Below the pieces are notes generated by a model. It worked only from the letters and a program-made list of their open reading frames with translations, made no database searches and had not been told where the DNA came from. DNA of 64,000 nucleotides from contig NC_092675.1 of the NCBI RefSeq assembly GCF_964355755.1, positions 15,596,912 to 15,660,911 of the forward strand, in the 5' to 3' direction. Within the stretch, counting starts at the first letter, position 1; every line of letters starts with the position of its first letter. A program made the translations under genes and the position numbers. Below, one piece after another: positions 1-13,900 of the stretch. This DNA comes from Antedon mediterranea (lineage: Eukaryota > Animalia > Echinodermata).

Positions 1-54
1 AAATATTTCACTGAATTACTGTATTGATTGGTACAAGATAAAGATAAATTAAAA

Positions 55-1298
55 CTACATTTAATTCGTCACTATGACGAATTATAGCTTATATGTATTG
101 ATTTAAATAAAAATAATTGATTTTTAAAATATATATTGTTTAATTGATTTTGTCAGAATCTTTAATTATTTATAATATATGAAGATCGGATTTTGCTAAT
201 GCAAATACAGTAGCCGGTATCACAATCTGATCAAAGATCCCTCCGCGTATGTCATAAATCACCCTTGTTACATAATAATAAAGATATAGGTTACTTTTTT
301 TTACTTTTTTATTCCATGGGTATATTAATCTATTCACTAAGAAATAAAATTGAATGAACAATACAGATATAAATAAAAAATCTTATTTTGTTTTGTCTTC
401 CAAGGTGAGACTCGATCTCGGTACCTTGAATACTATAGACGTGAGCACAGACCACAGAGTCATATAAAATTGATTAAAAGTTGAAGGATTACTTCGTGTA
501 TTTACTATGTCAAAGTATATAATTTTAACTTCAATATATAAACATTTTAAAGAAGTTAAAAAAGGTTAAGTTATTTCAGTCCAAGAAAATGTCACTCATA
601 GTTTGTTTGATTGTCGAAATTAATTTGTTTAAATTCAATATGCAATTGATGATGATGTAATCAACTTGTTTTCTCTTGATTTTATAATAAATCATACATA
701 CATCACTTCAAGAAAATAAATGAAAGATAGTGTCTATATTAATTTTAAAATGTAGCATATTTTCACCATTTTTTTAACTTACACGTGCATAGCCTAATTA
801 CCACTTGGTTTCAAGTTGAAAAGTTAATAAAATATGATGAAATTGCTAAAGAAAGGTTGTAAAACAGAAATCAGGCAAAAGAGTATGCATTACAGTTTAA
901 CGTGCAGTGCGCAAGCAAAATTCTGCGCACTCATGGCAATTTGCCTGAAACGTACTCTAATTTCATCGAAAATAAATTGACAATTTTGAAAAGTGTAAGC
1001 GCGCATACGCATGCGTTATATGCATTACGCACATATTTGTATTGTCATATGATGAAATATGACCTGAAATTTATGAGTACCAAATTTGGTTTAATTATGA
1101 TACATGCTTGCGAAGATATGATTACAAACGTGATTTTTTATTGCACATCAAGAAAACATAACCCCATCGATTGCTGTCGATAAGGAATATACTCTGGAAA
1201 AATTGACTTGGCTAGATGAAACAGATATCAAGATAATTGACGGACAAAATAATGCTAAGGAAACAATAAACGTATAAAGATTCTGACAAAATCAATAA
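55..1298 (-). mobile_element. Non-autonomous Helitron/Helentron-like element, second family
   Basis: Hairpin TAATTCGTCA-cta-TGACGAATTA at 62-84, followed on the minus strand by AATGTAGTT (similar to the hairpin+CTAGTT end of the main family). 22-bp inverted repeat ATTGATTTTGTCAGAATCTTTA at 143-164 / 1275-1296. No long ORF. Confidence 0.55.
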
Positions 1299-1866
1299 GG
1301 TTAATATTATATAATGTTAATGCATATAACCTAATAAATGATAACCAAACAAGAAAAATATACACATAGTTACCAACCGTCTTGCATTTAGCAGGACGTT
1401 CCACGTTTCAAAGTGATTTTTAATGAAACACGCATTTTGATCAACTGCATGAGTGACCACATCTCGCATTTAGCAGAATTATATGCATGATCATTTTTTA
1501 TAACAATTTGAGAGGAAAATGCATTCAAATTGATTGGTATATTTTAAAAGTATACAACATTATGTGAGTATTCATATTATAACACCACACATATCAACAA
1601 AAATACTAATAATTAATTTTTCCGCGGTCACTCGTTGGGACGAATGATGGGCCAATAGTCATGATGTTGTGTGCTTTTATAAAAGGGGCAACTTATATAC
1701 CAATCAATGCAATACAAAGTTATGAGGTTACTGTAGCTCTGATAAAACTAAACACAATTGTTTCAGACATTCACTGTATTTATCATGGTCTACATAGTAA
1801 AAAAGAAAAAAACAACATTATAATACATTGCAATTACTATTTCAGATATATTATTTTTATTTTCAG

Positions 1867-1953
1867 ATGGTTGCAACAATAGTTTTATTGTTCATTGCGA
1901 AATGTGCGAATATTGTGACTTACCCAGATTTGTCAAGACAGATTCCAAAAAAG
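1867..1953 (+). CDS. SLC35D1: SLC35D exon
   Basis: tttcag|[29 protein letters not shown]|gtatat. Confidence 0.88.
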
Positions 1954-4900
1954 GTATATTTCCCCATCATTCAAAATTTTATCTATCCACTTAAATAACT
2001 TTTATTTTGAAAGACTGTTGATACAATGGCACACAACATCCAGTGGTGCATCCGAAATACAGCTAAAAAATATACAATATTGTACAAAGTAAAAACAATA
2101 TTACCGTACTGATGCGGCTATAAGCTCATACTCGGGTATAAGCCTACCCCCGACTTTTGACTAATTTTCGTGCAAAATGAGGCACTCTGGTAAGCCTACC
2201 CATTAATTCGAAGATCTACAGTAGGTGCCGTAATACATTATTTTGTATTTGGTAAGGACGAGTATTAATTTTGTGATAGTCAACCTGTCTGGGGACTTCC
2301 ATACACCGCATATTATTACCAAACTAGGCTAATATAAGTTAGGCCATATCAGGCCTAGCAGTCCTGTCCCTTTTTGGTATCGGCTGCCATAAACAGGCTT
2401 AAATGTCTTTGGTACATTTCTATCTAACAAACATTGTATACCTGCTTTTCTGCTTGATAAATTCTTGTTTGACGTTGATGTTTAAAACCACAAAAAAATT
2501 AATTTCCTCATTAAATTGGCCATTAATAACCTTTTCAAAGCCTTTATTAAGAAATATACTTACATTTAAAATCACAAATTGTACAGTATATAATAAATAA
2601 TATTCATATTCATCATATTTCATTATCTAACCAGATATGGCCATTACCTGTTATTTACATGGGAAATATGGTTTTTGGTCTCGGTGGCACAAAAAAGCTG
2701 AGGTAAGGTTTTTACTATATGTTCACTGTAATGGTGGGAGTATTCGATAGGCAAAGATTGTACTCTGTTCACATGACACACACACACAAATAGCTCTATA
2801 CATAAACGATGATTATCCTCACAGAAGCAGCAGTCCATCCCCTCCCTACATCCAAAAAAAATCCCCTCCCCACACATTTCTCCATTTTCTCCCCCACCTG
2901 ACTATATAAATGTATGTTCTCTTTCTTTCATCACAACCTGATCTGGCAATCCCTCTCTTTGTTGGCATTTCAAAAAACACGTGATCAGTAAAAATAAAAT
3001 TGTTGGAATTGTTTAAATAAGGTTAGAAGCAACAAAGCTACATGGCCAGATGGTCTATTGGCCAAAACTATCAAAAGTTATGCAAATGAGCTATGTTATA
3101 TTTTTAGCAAGTTAGTTATTAGCTGGTCACTGGATACTCATACCGTTCCACGATTGTGGAAAGTGTCTAATATACCACCTCTTCAGACCTATTGCACTTA
3201 CATCTATTCCGATGAAGTGCCTTGAGTCATTAGTTAAGTGAATTCTGCTTAAGGTTTGTAGCCCGCTTTTAGACAGGTTCCAGTTTGCTTATAAATATCA
3301 CGTAAAATTCTTAACCTTTTTTATGATAGTGTTATTAGAAGTGTTCTTTTATTCGGCTCAATTGTCTGGTTTTTTTATCTAACTCAAATGGAAAAAAACA
3401 AACTAGCTAAAATTGTAATAGTGGGCCAGTAAAATAATCAGCATTAGCCTTGAACCTCTTATTTCACTTCATGAAAGGGACATCCTAAAAACTGTCAGTA
3501 ATCTAAATAAATTCTTTAAGCTTAGCCAAATTGGTAGACTGATCACTGTGAATCACAACACTAAACATTGCCGACAATCATTTGTTTATAATTCTATTCA
3601 TGTATTTAATACCAAGCTTGTTAGATCTTTGTAACTTCTTTGTTTTTGTATTTATATCAAATATAAATTAACAAACCAAATTTTATTTGTACCTTGTTGT
3701 AGAAAATGACAATAAACTATACTATCGTAAATATACAGTATTAAACAATATACTAGCAACTATCACTAGATACATTAGAACCCTATCCCCTATTTGAGAT
3801 CAAATAAAGTGTGTTTCCACTAAATAGGGGTTGGTTGTATATATTTCCTCTCTAGTTCGTTCACAGAGATGTCTTAAAGGGGGTAGGTTGATATGGGGAA
3901 AAGGGGAGTTCTCTAATAATATCCCAACTTATGTAAAGAAATTTAACTAAAGTTATTAATTCCGACAGCTTACCAATGTTCACAGTTCTGAGAAGATTCT
4001 CAATTCTCTTTACAATGTGTTTGGAGTTTTTATTATTGGGGTGAGTAGGAGTGTAAATAGGTAGGAAGCATGCTATATCAACTATAAACTTACTCAAATG
4101 TTAGAATAATTATGATTTTGTTGAAATGTTTCCTAATGTCAATATTGTTAGTTCTCCTATTGTTTATAGTATAGTTTTACCGTTTTGATTTAACGATCAT
4201 TCGGGAAACCACCTCACGACGATTATATATGATTTATGTACATCAAATTTGATATTGTATTTTATTGCGATTCTTGTGTTTTTGACACCCTGTTAGGTCT
4301 TGAATAAATAAATAAAAATTAACAAATATTTTCTTAATAAATTCTTTATATAAAAAATGTATTTAAAAAAAGTAAAGATAAAATTGATTGTAATATTTTT
4401 TTTTTGGTAGAAAGAAAACAAGTGTGCGTGTACAATGTACTGTATATGCCATGATATTGGGAGCTATTGTAGCTGCAAGGTTTGTCACCCTAATTATAAT
4501 ATTCATTTGATTGGTTAATTGTGTAAATGTATATTATTATGTATAGTACCGTAATACCTAACTTTTGAAGGGCTTCTTTTCAAGATGGGCTTCTTTTAAA
4601 GATTACTTTTACAAACTAAAGAGGGGGGCTTCTTTTTTAAATGAATGCTGTGAATGTTTTGAATTGCTACTACAATAATTCATAATTTGAAACGCGATGA
4701 CCAGCTTCACTTGTTCAGGAGACTTGAACAGTGTAGTAAGAAATTAGTAAGTTGTGAAACGTCAATTGAATTTCTTCTATGTCAAAACCTTGGACTCACT
4801 CCGACATTTGCCAAAGTGGATCAGGAAAAGTCAAAGAGACGATGGAGCAATTCTGCTAAATTCTTTGAGAAAAATGTAATATCGGAAGAGCTGAATAGAC

Positions 4901-7900
4901 TATCGTTCTTTCAAAAGCTAGCGCTCAGCCGTGGCTTACAATTTGCTTACCCTCACCGAGTTTCATCCAGGGAAATTAAAGCAAATTTCGAGAAAGCGTA
5001 CTGGAAGCTGGAGCCTAAAATTGTTGGTGAGGAAACTAAAGAATTAACAGCAGCTACTCTAAAGTCTATCGCACTTAATTATATAGAAAGGAAAGGACCA
5101 TCCCCACCAAAAGCCTTAACAAGAGCGCTTGGCCAATTAAAGAAGAGAGATGATATAATCATCACAAAGCCAGACAAAGGATCAGGAGTAGTAGTCATGG
5201 ATAGAAGTGAGTATGAACATTTATTATGTGAAGCATCAGTCAACAATGTTTCCAAATTTATACCAATCTCTAATGAACAACCAAGAACAAGAGGAAGAGC
5301 AATGACACATTACCATCCACTCCTGAAAAAGGAGAAAGATATGATTTCAACGGTTCATAAAATTCTTCCAAAAGAAATTGCTAAATCAATTTGTCAAACC
5401 GGATCAAAGTTAGCTCATTTGTATGGATTGCCTAAAACACACAAAGAAAAGTTATCTATGAGACCAATCTTGTCAGCAACAGGTACCTACAATTATAAAT
5501 TAGCTCAGTGGCTGGATGAGAAGTTGAAACCGCTATCCCAGAACGCATATACAATAGATGATGTATTTAGCTTTGCAGCTGATATACGCTCCACCGTTAT
5601 AAATGCTAGTGATATTTTGGTATCATATGATGTCTCGTCCTTATTCACAAATGTTCCTTTAACCGAGACAATTCAAATTATTGCTGATAAAGCATTTACT
5701 AACAACTGGTTCAACGATAATTATGGACTAAACTTAGATAAGGACGATTTAATTGTACTCCTCAATATAGCAACGAAAGATCAGCTATTCCAATTTAATG
5801 GTAACTTGTATGAACAGGTTGATGGAGTTGGAGTTGCAATGGGATCACCTCTAGGGGCCCCTTATGGCAAATATATTTATGTGCCACATCGAGGAACGCC
5901 TTGAATCTACGAACCACATGCCCAAATACTACAAACGGTATGTTGATGACACACTAGTATTCATGCCAAATCTAGAAGCAGCCAATGAATTTTTAGCTTT
6001 ACTTAACACAACCCATCCTGTGATAGCGTTCAAAATGGAAACTGCCGTGAACAATTCAATCCCTTTCCTAGGAATGCTGATAACCAAAGATTTGGAAAAA
6101 TTGCACACACGGGTTTATAGAAATCCAACAGACACATGCTTATTGCTACACTACAATAGTCACGTTGACAACAAGTATAAAAGGTCACTTATTATAACTA
6201 TGTTAAATCGGGCTTACAAACTATCGTCGACCCACCAGCTTTTTAATGATGAATGTGAAATTCTAAGGAAGATTTTTAAGCGTCTGAAATATCCAGATGA
6301 ACTAATAACAACAACCATACAGAACTTTAAACCAGCAGAGAGCAATAACAACACTGCAGAAGGTGAAACAGATTTATCCGAAATACCAGTGCGAATCATC
6401 CTGCCATTCAAAGACCAGAAATCTTCGAACTCCGTCAAGCGACAACTATGCCAACTAAGTCACAAAATAAACAAAAACATTGTCCCTGTATTCATAAGTA
6501 AAAAAGTTAAAGATAACATTAGGAAAGTCGAAAAGAAACCAACTATTATAAGTCAACAATGTGTTGTGTATAAATTTAAATGTGACTTGTGCGATGCAAG
6601 TTATGTTGGATATACATGCCGACACCTCTACCATGGAGTAAATACTCCATGCCTCTACCAACGCATTGTTGAACATAGTAGATGCTTAATAGGACAGCAT
6701 TTAAAGGATCATAACGTGATTGTTAATCCAAGTAAAATTAATTCATGTTTTAGTATACTTGGGAAATGCAAAAACAAATTTGACTGTTTTATCTATGAAA
6801 TGTTGTATATCAGACAATTAAAACCTAGTCTGAATAAACAAAGTGACTCTGTAAAAGCTAAGCTTTTCATTTGACAGGATGTTAGACAATAGGTCTTTTG
6901 TTATTTAAACTTTGACCCTTGGCTTGTGCTATTTAATTAGTTGTTGTTTTATATTTTATTCATTGGACTTGATAATGACCCCATGATCAATATCAAAATT
7001 ATTTAAAAAATAAATATTGAGATAATTAAGTAATTTGGTTTTGAAAGAACTAACAGAAATATTTAAGTTGCGGATTTCACTGGGTAAGTTATTCCAAATT
7101 CTGGTAACACGTGGGATATATGATTGAAAAGGAGATTCAGTTCTGCAGCGACGAATATCAAAAAGAGTACCAACAGAAGAAGAGCTACGAGTAACACGTT
7201 GTGGATTACGAATATTAAATAAATTGTCATACCCATAGATGTTAGACAATAGCTCTTTTGTTATTTAAACTTTGACCCTTGGCTTGTGCTATTTAATTAG
7301 TTGTTGTTTATATTTTATTCATTGGACTTGATAATGACCCCATGATCAATATCAAAATTATTTAAAAAATAAATATTGAGATAATTAAGTAATTTGGTTT
7401 TGAAAGAACTAACAGAAATATTTAAGTTGCGGATTTCACTGGGTAAGTTATTCCAAATTCTGGTAACACGTGGGATATATGATTGAAAAGAAGATTAAGT
7501 TCTGCAGCGACGAATATCAAAAAGAGTACCAACAGAAGCAGAGCTTTCGGGCAACACTAGTGCAAGTGATATAAAATATATATATATATATTAAATATGT
7601 TAATATTTATATGACCTATACAATAATATATGATAGAATAGCCAAGTAGTACAAATATAATATTCATAAACTTATTACGATATTTTTTTTCTTTTTCAGT
7701 GATGATCTAGCATTTGATATGTTAGGTTATTTTTTTATTTCAATGAACAATATATTTACAGCATGTAATAATGTTTATGTAAAAAAGAAATTAGACTCTA
7801 AGGTAAGTATTATATATTAATCATGCTTTATCCTTTTAACATTGTTATTGTTTTAAATACACTTATACAAGGGGACAAAGTATCACCCTATGTAGCTCTG

Positions 7901-10900
7901 TCTACACTACCAAACTAGTTTGATAAAAAAAAGTTTGATGTGCCCAAATATGGTAGTGATATGCTTAAATATAGTAGTGATATGACATCATCATGTCCAT
8001 ATATGGGAACATCACATCTTTTAGTCACATAAAGTTTGATAGTGTAGACAGCTTTACTGGTAATGTCCTAAAGGAGGTGTTCCACTGCAATCACAATGTT
8101 TTACCAGTGTTATTGTAACTTGGGATCCCTTTAGAAATAAATTTAAAGGCAGCCATCTTCAAGATACTGTATCACTGAAAAACACAATTATGTGAACGTA
8201 TGGGTACATTAATCCTAGATAACTGAACCTGTTTCTTTCTTTATTAATTATTCTTATTCCAATTCTATCATTGTGATATTCAATTTTTTTTATATAAATA
8301 TATGAATATGAACATACATTATGCGTACAATTAATATTATATCAATCATATTTAAACCACATGCTTAATTGGATTATTGCGTATTATTAATAATGAAATC
8401 TTCTATTTCAGGATTTAGGAAACAATGGTGTTTTATTTTACAATGCACTATTTATGGTGATTCCCTTATCATGTATAGCATTGTACAATGGAGAAATAAA
8501 TAAAGCACTACAATATGATAATTGGCATAATCCAGCATTTTTCTGCCAGTTTTTGTTGGCTTGTGTTTTTGGGTATGTGGCATTTAAATTTATCTCTAAA
8601 CTGCGATCAATGTAATGAATTGTGCTGTTAAATTATTTATTTAATTTTTTAATATCTTCTTCCACTTGAAAAATTTAGAAGAGATTTTATTTATGTTGTA
8701 GTTACAGACTAATAATAGTTTGTTGTAATTTGTTTCTTTATACTGGTTGACATTTCAATATAATAGTTCTCCCAGAGGACTCAGTTGATGATAATGATCG
8801 GGACACTGAAAGAAAATCCCCTACACTTTTCATATAGTGTCATTTAACAAGCACTTATGCCATGTATGAACATGAGACCAATGGCTTTACATCCCAAACA
8901 AAGGATGGGGCAATGAAAGAAACAAAGTTGCCTTAGGGTCAAGCAATATGGCACAGACAGCTCTCGAATACAATCCTCTCCTACTTCGATATTATTGGTT
9001 ATCCGCTACAAAGTTGCAGGATAACCCTTGTGATTGTCAAAGATGATCATCTTTTTTTTTTTCTGTTATTTTTGTGTCTCGCATATCTCTAAAACTTGCA
9101 AACATAACATTTTGTAACTTTCTCAACATATCATAATTCATGTGAAGTTGTGCATTAGGTGTACATCCCCATTAGAACTTTTTGGTCAAAATCCTTATCA
9201 GATAAATCAACTAAGCAGGTGATTAATTACCTGAATCCTATTATACCCCTGTGATTTTATTAGCTCTCTTGTAATTGATTGATTAGGACAAGTTACATTC
9301 TTCAGTATGCAAGGTCAATGGTCAGGCAAAAACTAGCAGAATTCGGTAATGATCAAATAGTTTAACGACCTGCCTATCAAAGTTGGACTTAAATAAACAC
9401 ATGTCACAGTAGGAGGTTTCAAAACTTCGGGTAAAAATCAACACATTCTCTAATGGGGCTGTACACGTAATGTGCAGCTAACATTTTCATGACGTTTACA
9501 ATTGCGCAACTTGACTTACACACGATTTTATGAATTTCACAGAAAGTTATGCGTTTGAAAATTTAAATCAAGTTCTAATCAACTTTCTACGCGTTTCTTG
9601 TCATTTTAAGCATATACATATGTCCATGCGCGAGCAATTTTTTTACATGCACATAGGCTTTGTGACATATTTTTTCCCTGTGATTTATGTTTTTCCAGCC
9701 TTTTCTTTTATAAACAATTTCGACTTAAAATCACATCATACGAGCAAGTCGAATTGGACAATTTTGCATGTTTTTTATGAAAAAGTTTAAAAATTCGTCA
9801 AAATTATGATTTTTTAAACATAAGACATCATTTCTAAACTAAAAGGTGAAAGTTATTTTTTTTACGTATTCTGGAAGATGATATCGAGTAGTAGTTATCG
9901 AATCTTGCAATAATATGGCTAACCGGACATTGTGACATCATCGTATGGCCACCCGAATATAAATTATAGGATTTTTATCTGTTTGTCATAGCTCATCACA
10001 TTTAATAGAGCGCATCGCCACTTATTTGTTTTCCATTTTTCCCAGATTTTGATATAGTCTAGGTCAATCAATTAACTTTCGCATGATTTACCATTTTTAA
10101 AATGTTGATGACGGCATCATGTTCAAAAGCGTGAATAACTTGGGTCACTTATTTTTATCATTACAGTAAATTTCAATATGTTATAGCTCCTCAGAATAAA
10201 AAGTGATACTCATAATAAAACGTTTTCTGGAAGCTGTTGAATTGTAGATACACATCAGATGTTGTGACGTCAACATATGGCCAGTTGAATTATAAAAGTC
10301 GTATTTTCATATTTTGCGTCATAGTTCATGACATTTAAAAGAGCGCGCATCCATTTCTACGTATCCAAATTTCTTCAACACGTTAATATGTTGTTGTTCA
10401 GATAATTTCCTTCCAAAATTGCTATCTACTTGTTTCATTTTGATAAGTCATCATGTTAACATTTGGAATAAAAGGAAGGTCCCATTATTTTCACCTATTC
10501 TGCACTGTATGTAGTATGTATACAGTAGTGTATACTGTATACAGTATTATACTTAGACACAAAATAGAGAGGGCACAATAACATTTTATTTTCTTCAGCT
10601 CACAATAGCATAATCGTTTTTCTGTGCACAATATTCTAACGTATGACGTGCACGTGGCTTTTGCGCGGTGGATAACCTAACTCGTCCATAGTGACAAGTT
10701 CAAATCTAGTTATTATTATTTCTTTATACTTGTTGGCTTCAGTCAAAGACTGTTCCCCAAGAGGGCCCAGTTATGATCAGTGGCTGTGCGCTGGGAGTAA
10801 CCCCTACTCATAGTAGATAGAAATCTTTCTTTATTCTGGATATTCATTCAATATTTGTACATTGTTCTTCCTTGAAGTCCAGTTAACACTTACAAATTAC

Positions 10901-13900
10901 AAATAACCCATATAAACAATAAAAATGGAAAATTATGAAAACAAGAGAAAAAAAACCAGTTCAAATTTTTAAACAATTGCAAAGTTAATGAATTTATAGA
11001 GCTGCGAATATCTGGTGAAAGATTATTCCAGAGTTTGACTGAGCGGTATTGAAATGTTCTTTTACCAGAATCATTATGCCATTTTGGTAAGACTAAAGTT
11101 TTTTCGATTTGCTTCTTGTATTTAAATTGATGTACTAGGTTCTTTAAAGTGCACATGATAGAATGTGTACACTGACCCTACATTTCATTCTACCACCAGA
11201 ACCATGGAGCTAGTAAGCCTCAATGATGATGTCTACGTAATTATTGCTCAGCCACTTATTCAATGTTCTTTAGCCATACCGCAATCTGATTATAATTATC
11301 TCTTTGATTTAAATTTTCAGATTTGTATTGAATTTATCAATAGTTTTGTGTACTTTGCACAACTCTGCTTTAACTACTACAATAGTAGGTTGTATCAAAG
11401 TAAGTTTTTTTTCACGAAAATATAACCGCCAAAACCGAATCGGTTTTTAGTGTAATAATTGGACCATGGCTATTAAATTCAAGCATGAGTTAAGTAGTGT
11501 CTATAGTAATTATGAATATTGATATATTTAACGAGGCCCTCTTGGTTAATCAATTTTTCACAGAAAATGTCATGTGTAAATTCATGATTTGGGCCAGTTA
11601 ACTGGGGCTGGTTTACTTTACTAATTTTTTATAATTATTTTACTATTATTTTCACTTTCAGAATATCGCAATCACATACATAGGTATTGTGTTTAGTAGT
11701 GACTATATTTTTAGTGCAACAAATTTTGTTGGAGTTAATATAAGGTAAGATATTTTGTTTGATACAATTTTTGAATATGATATGAGTGTTATCGTTTACC
11801 TGTTGTTTAGTATTATGAATTTTCATATGTAAAAGTAACAACAGCACAATGATTACATTATAGGACTATATCATTAGGAAAACAATCATGTCCTAATATG
11901 TAGGTCATATAGGCAAAAGTGCTTGATGCAAAGCAGAGCAGAATGGTATACAAATAATGAATGTTATACACCTAAATAAATTCCTGTCATTTGATTGGAC
12001 GATTGTGAGTCACATGGCGTGCAAAAGTATGTACTATTAAACGATTGTTTAATAGTACCTTTTTTAGTGTACGGAAAACAAAATCTGTTCGCATTTGGAA
12101 AATATTTTTACGATACTATTGCTTTTGAAATACAACAGCGCCAGCTATTTTGTACTTTCGTTGTCGCCAATGTTATTTTATGACTGGTTTAGCGATGGAA
12201 GTTCATTTGTTGAGAGATATATATACTAATTTAGATCAAAAAGGCATTTAAATTAAAGACACCTTCCCTACGTTTTTTAGATCTATTTTAAATTTAAGAT
12301 CAAAAACTATATTTAATCTAAAAATAATACTATATGGTCCTATTGCGATAACTTTTTTCGTCTTTAAATGGTTAAAAATGTGAAAAATAAGTCGATTCTA
12401 ATAATTATAGCGGCTTGCTATAAATCCCAAAATGCATTGCGCGCGGATTGATATTTCTGTTTTTCTTCTGTAATTCACCCACTTTTCGATCGATCGTGAG
12501 GCCAAAACAAATGGAAAACTTTTCAGCGAAAATACCGGGTTTTCCCCAATTTGTATCTACGGAGTCTGGCAAAAATAGAAAGACAATTAATGCAGCAACT
12601 ACACAACGTCAGGCTAGGTATATAGCTAGCGTACGATGTTCGTACGTTACCGATGTTTACCAGCTAGGCCTACAAAACAAAGCCTAGCTAGGCTAGGCCT
12701 AAAGACCGTCCACGAGAGGTCAGTCGCCGCGAGCTACCTAGGTAGTGCATTGTTTCTCACTTTTTATCATAATTTACCATAAAACGTACATTTAAGACAA
12801 GGAATGACCTGGTTTAATGTTTTTAAAGTAATATATTATGTATTATTTTTACAAAACGTCACAAATTTTAGCGAAGGTGTCTTTAACTTTAGATTGTTTT
12901 TAGGATTTTGAATAATTAATGGAAACATTTCTACAAGATGTGAAATCATGGTCACGTGGTGAATGATAAAAGGTTATACAATATTTGAACTTGGCTTGCG
13001 CCTTATTGAAATATAACCTTTCATCATTCACTTCATGCCATTATTTGTACAATTACACTAATAAACATTCATTATTTGTATAATAACGTACCTACTTTTA
13101 ATCAATTTATCCATCGTAGATCATTTAACGAATGCTAGGCTATTAAAAAAGGCATTGCTCCAACTTTATATGTGGAGTAGAACAGTTATAACTGCAATTT
13201 TTTTTTTATGAGATCATGAACAATGCTGTGTGGCAAAAATGTTCAAAATGTTTACAGAAAGCAGTACAAAAATATCACCATAGATATCAATTTTCACACT
13301 AGTGTGTTTTACTATTTCTAAAAGTATATATATATATATATATGGTCATTTTGCTTCTCTACTTTCTGCTATATACATATATAGTATGTTGTTTTTTAGA
13401 GCACTCTTCAGTTCAAAACGGTGCATTTTTGTTGTGAATACTACAGTATTAGCATTTTGCAAATCACGCTCGTTGAGGTTGTGCACTCTTTGTGTTGATA
13501 ATCAGTGTACCATGTCCCACATAACTGCCTCAGCCTATATATTGTGCCTGTTCTGCTGTACATTTCATTTCAAAACCGGAGCTGCACTGACGAGATCTAA
13601 TAAAATCGAACCAGTACTGTCTGCAGATTGGATATATATATATATATATATATCATATACTGTCAAATTATTGAAACAGTGCTCTTATTTTGAACAAATA
13701 ATTTGACAGATGATTTATATATTCAGGCTTAGTAGCTTGGTTGACACGTAGGCCTCTTTAACATTGGTGCAACACTGGTCCAGTATAGCTAGTCCGCCGG
13801 TATGACAGTTAACAAAAATAATGTATACAGCTTTTCTTAAGTCTACAGTGATTAAAGTCACCATTGATAGCGATAAATGCATCCGGAGATTGACTTTCAA

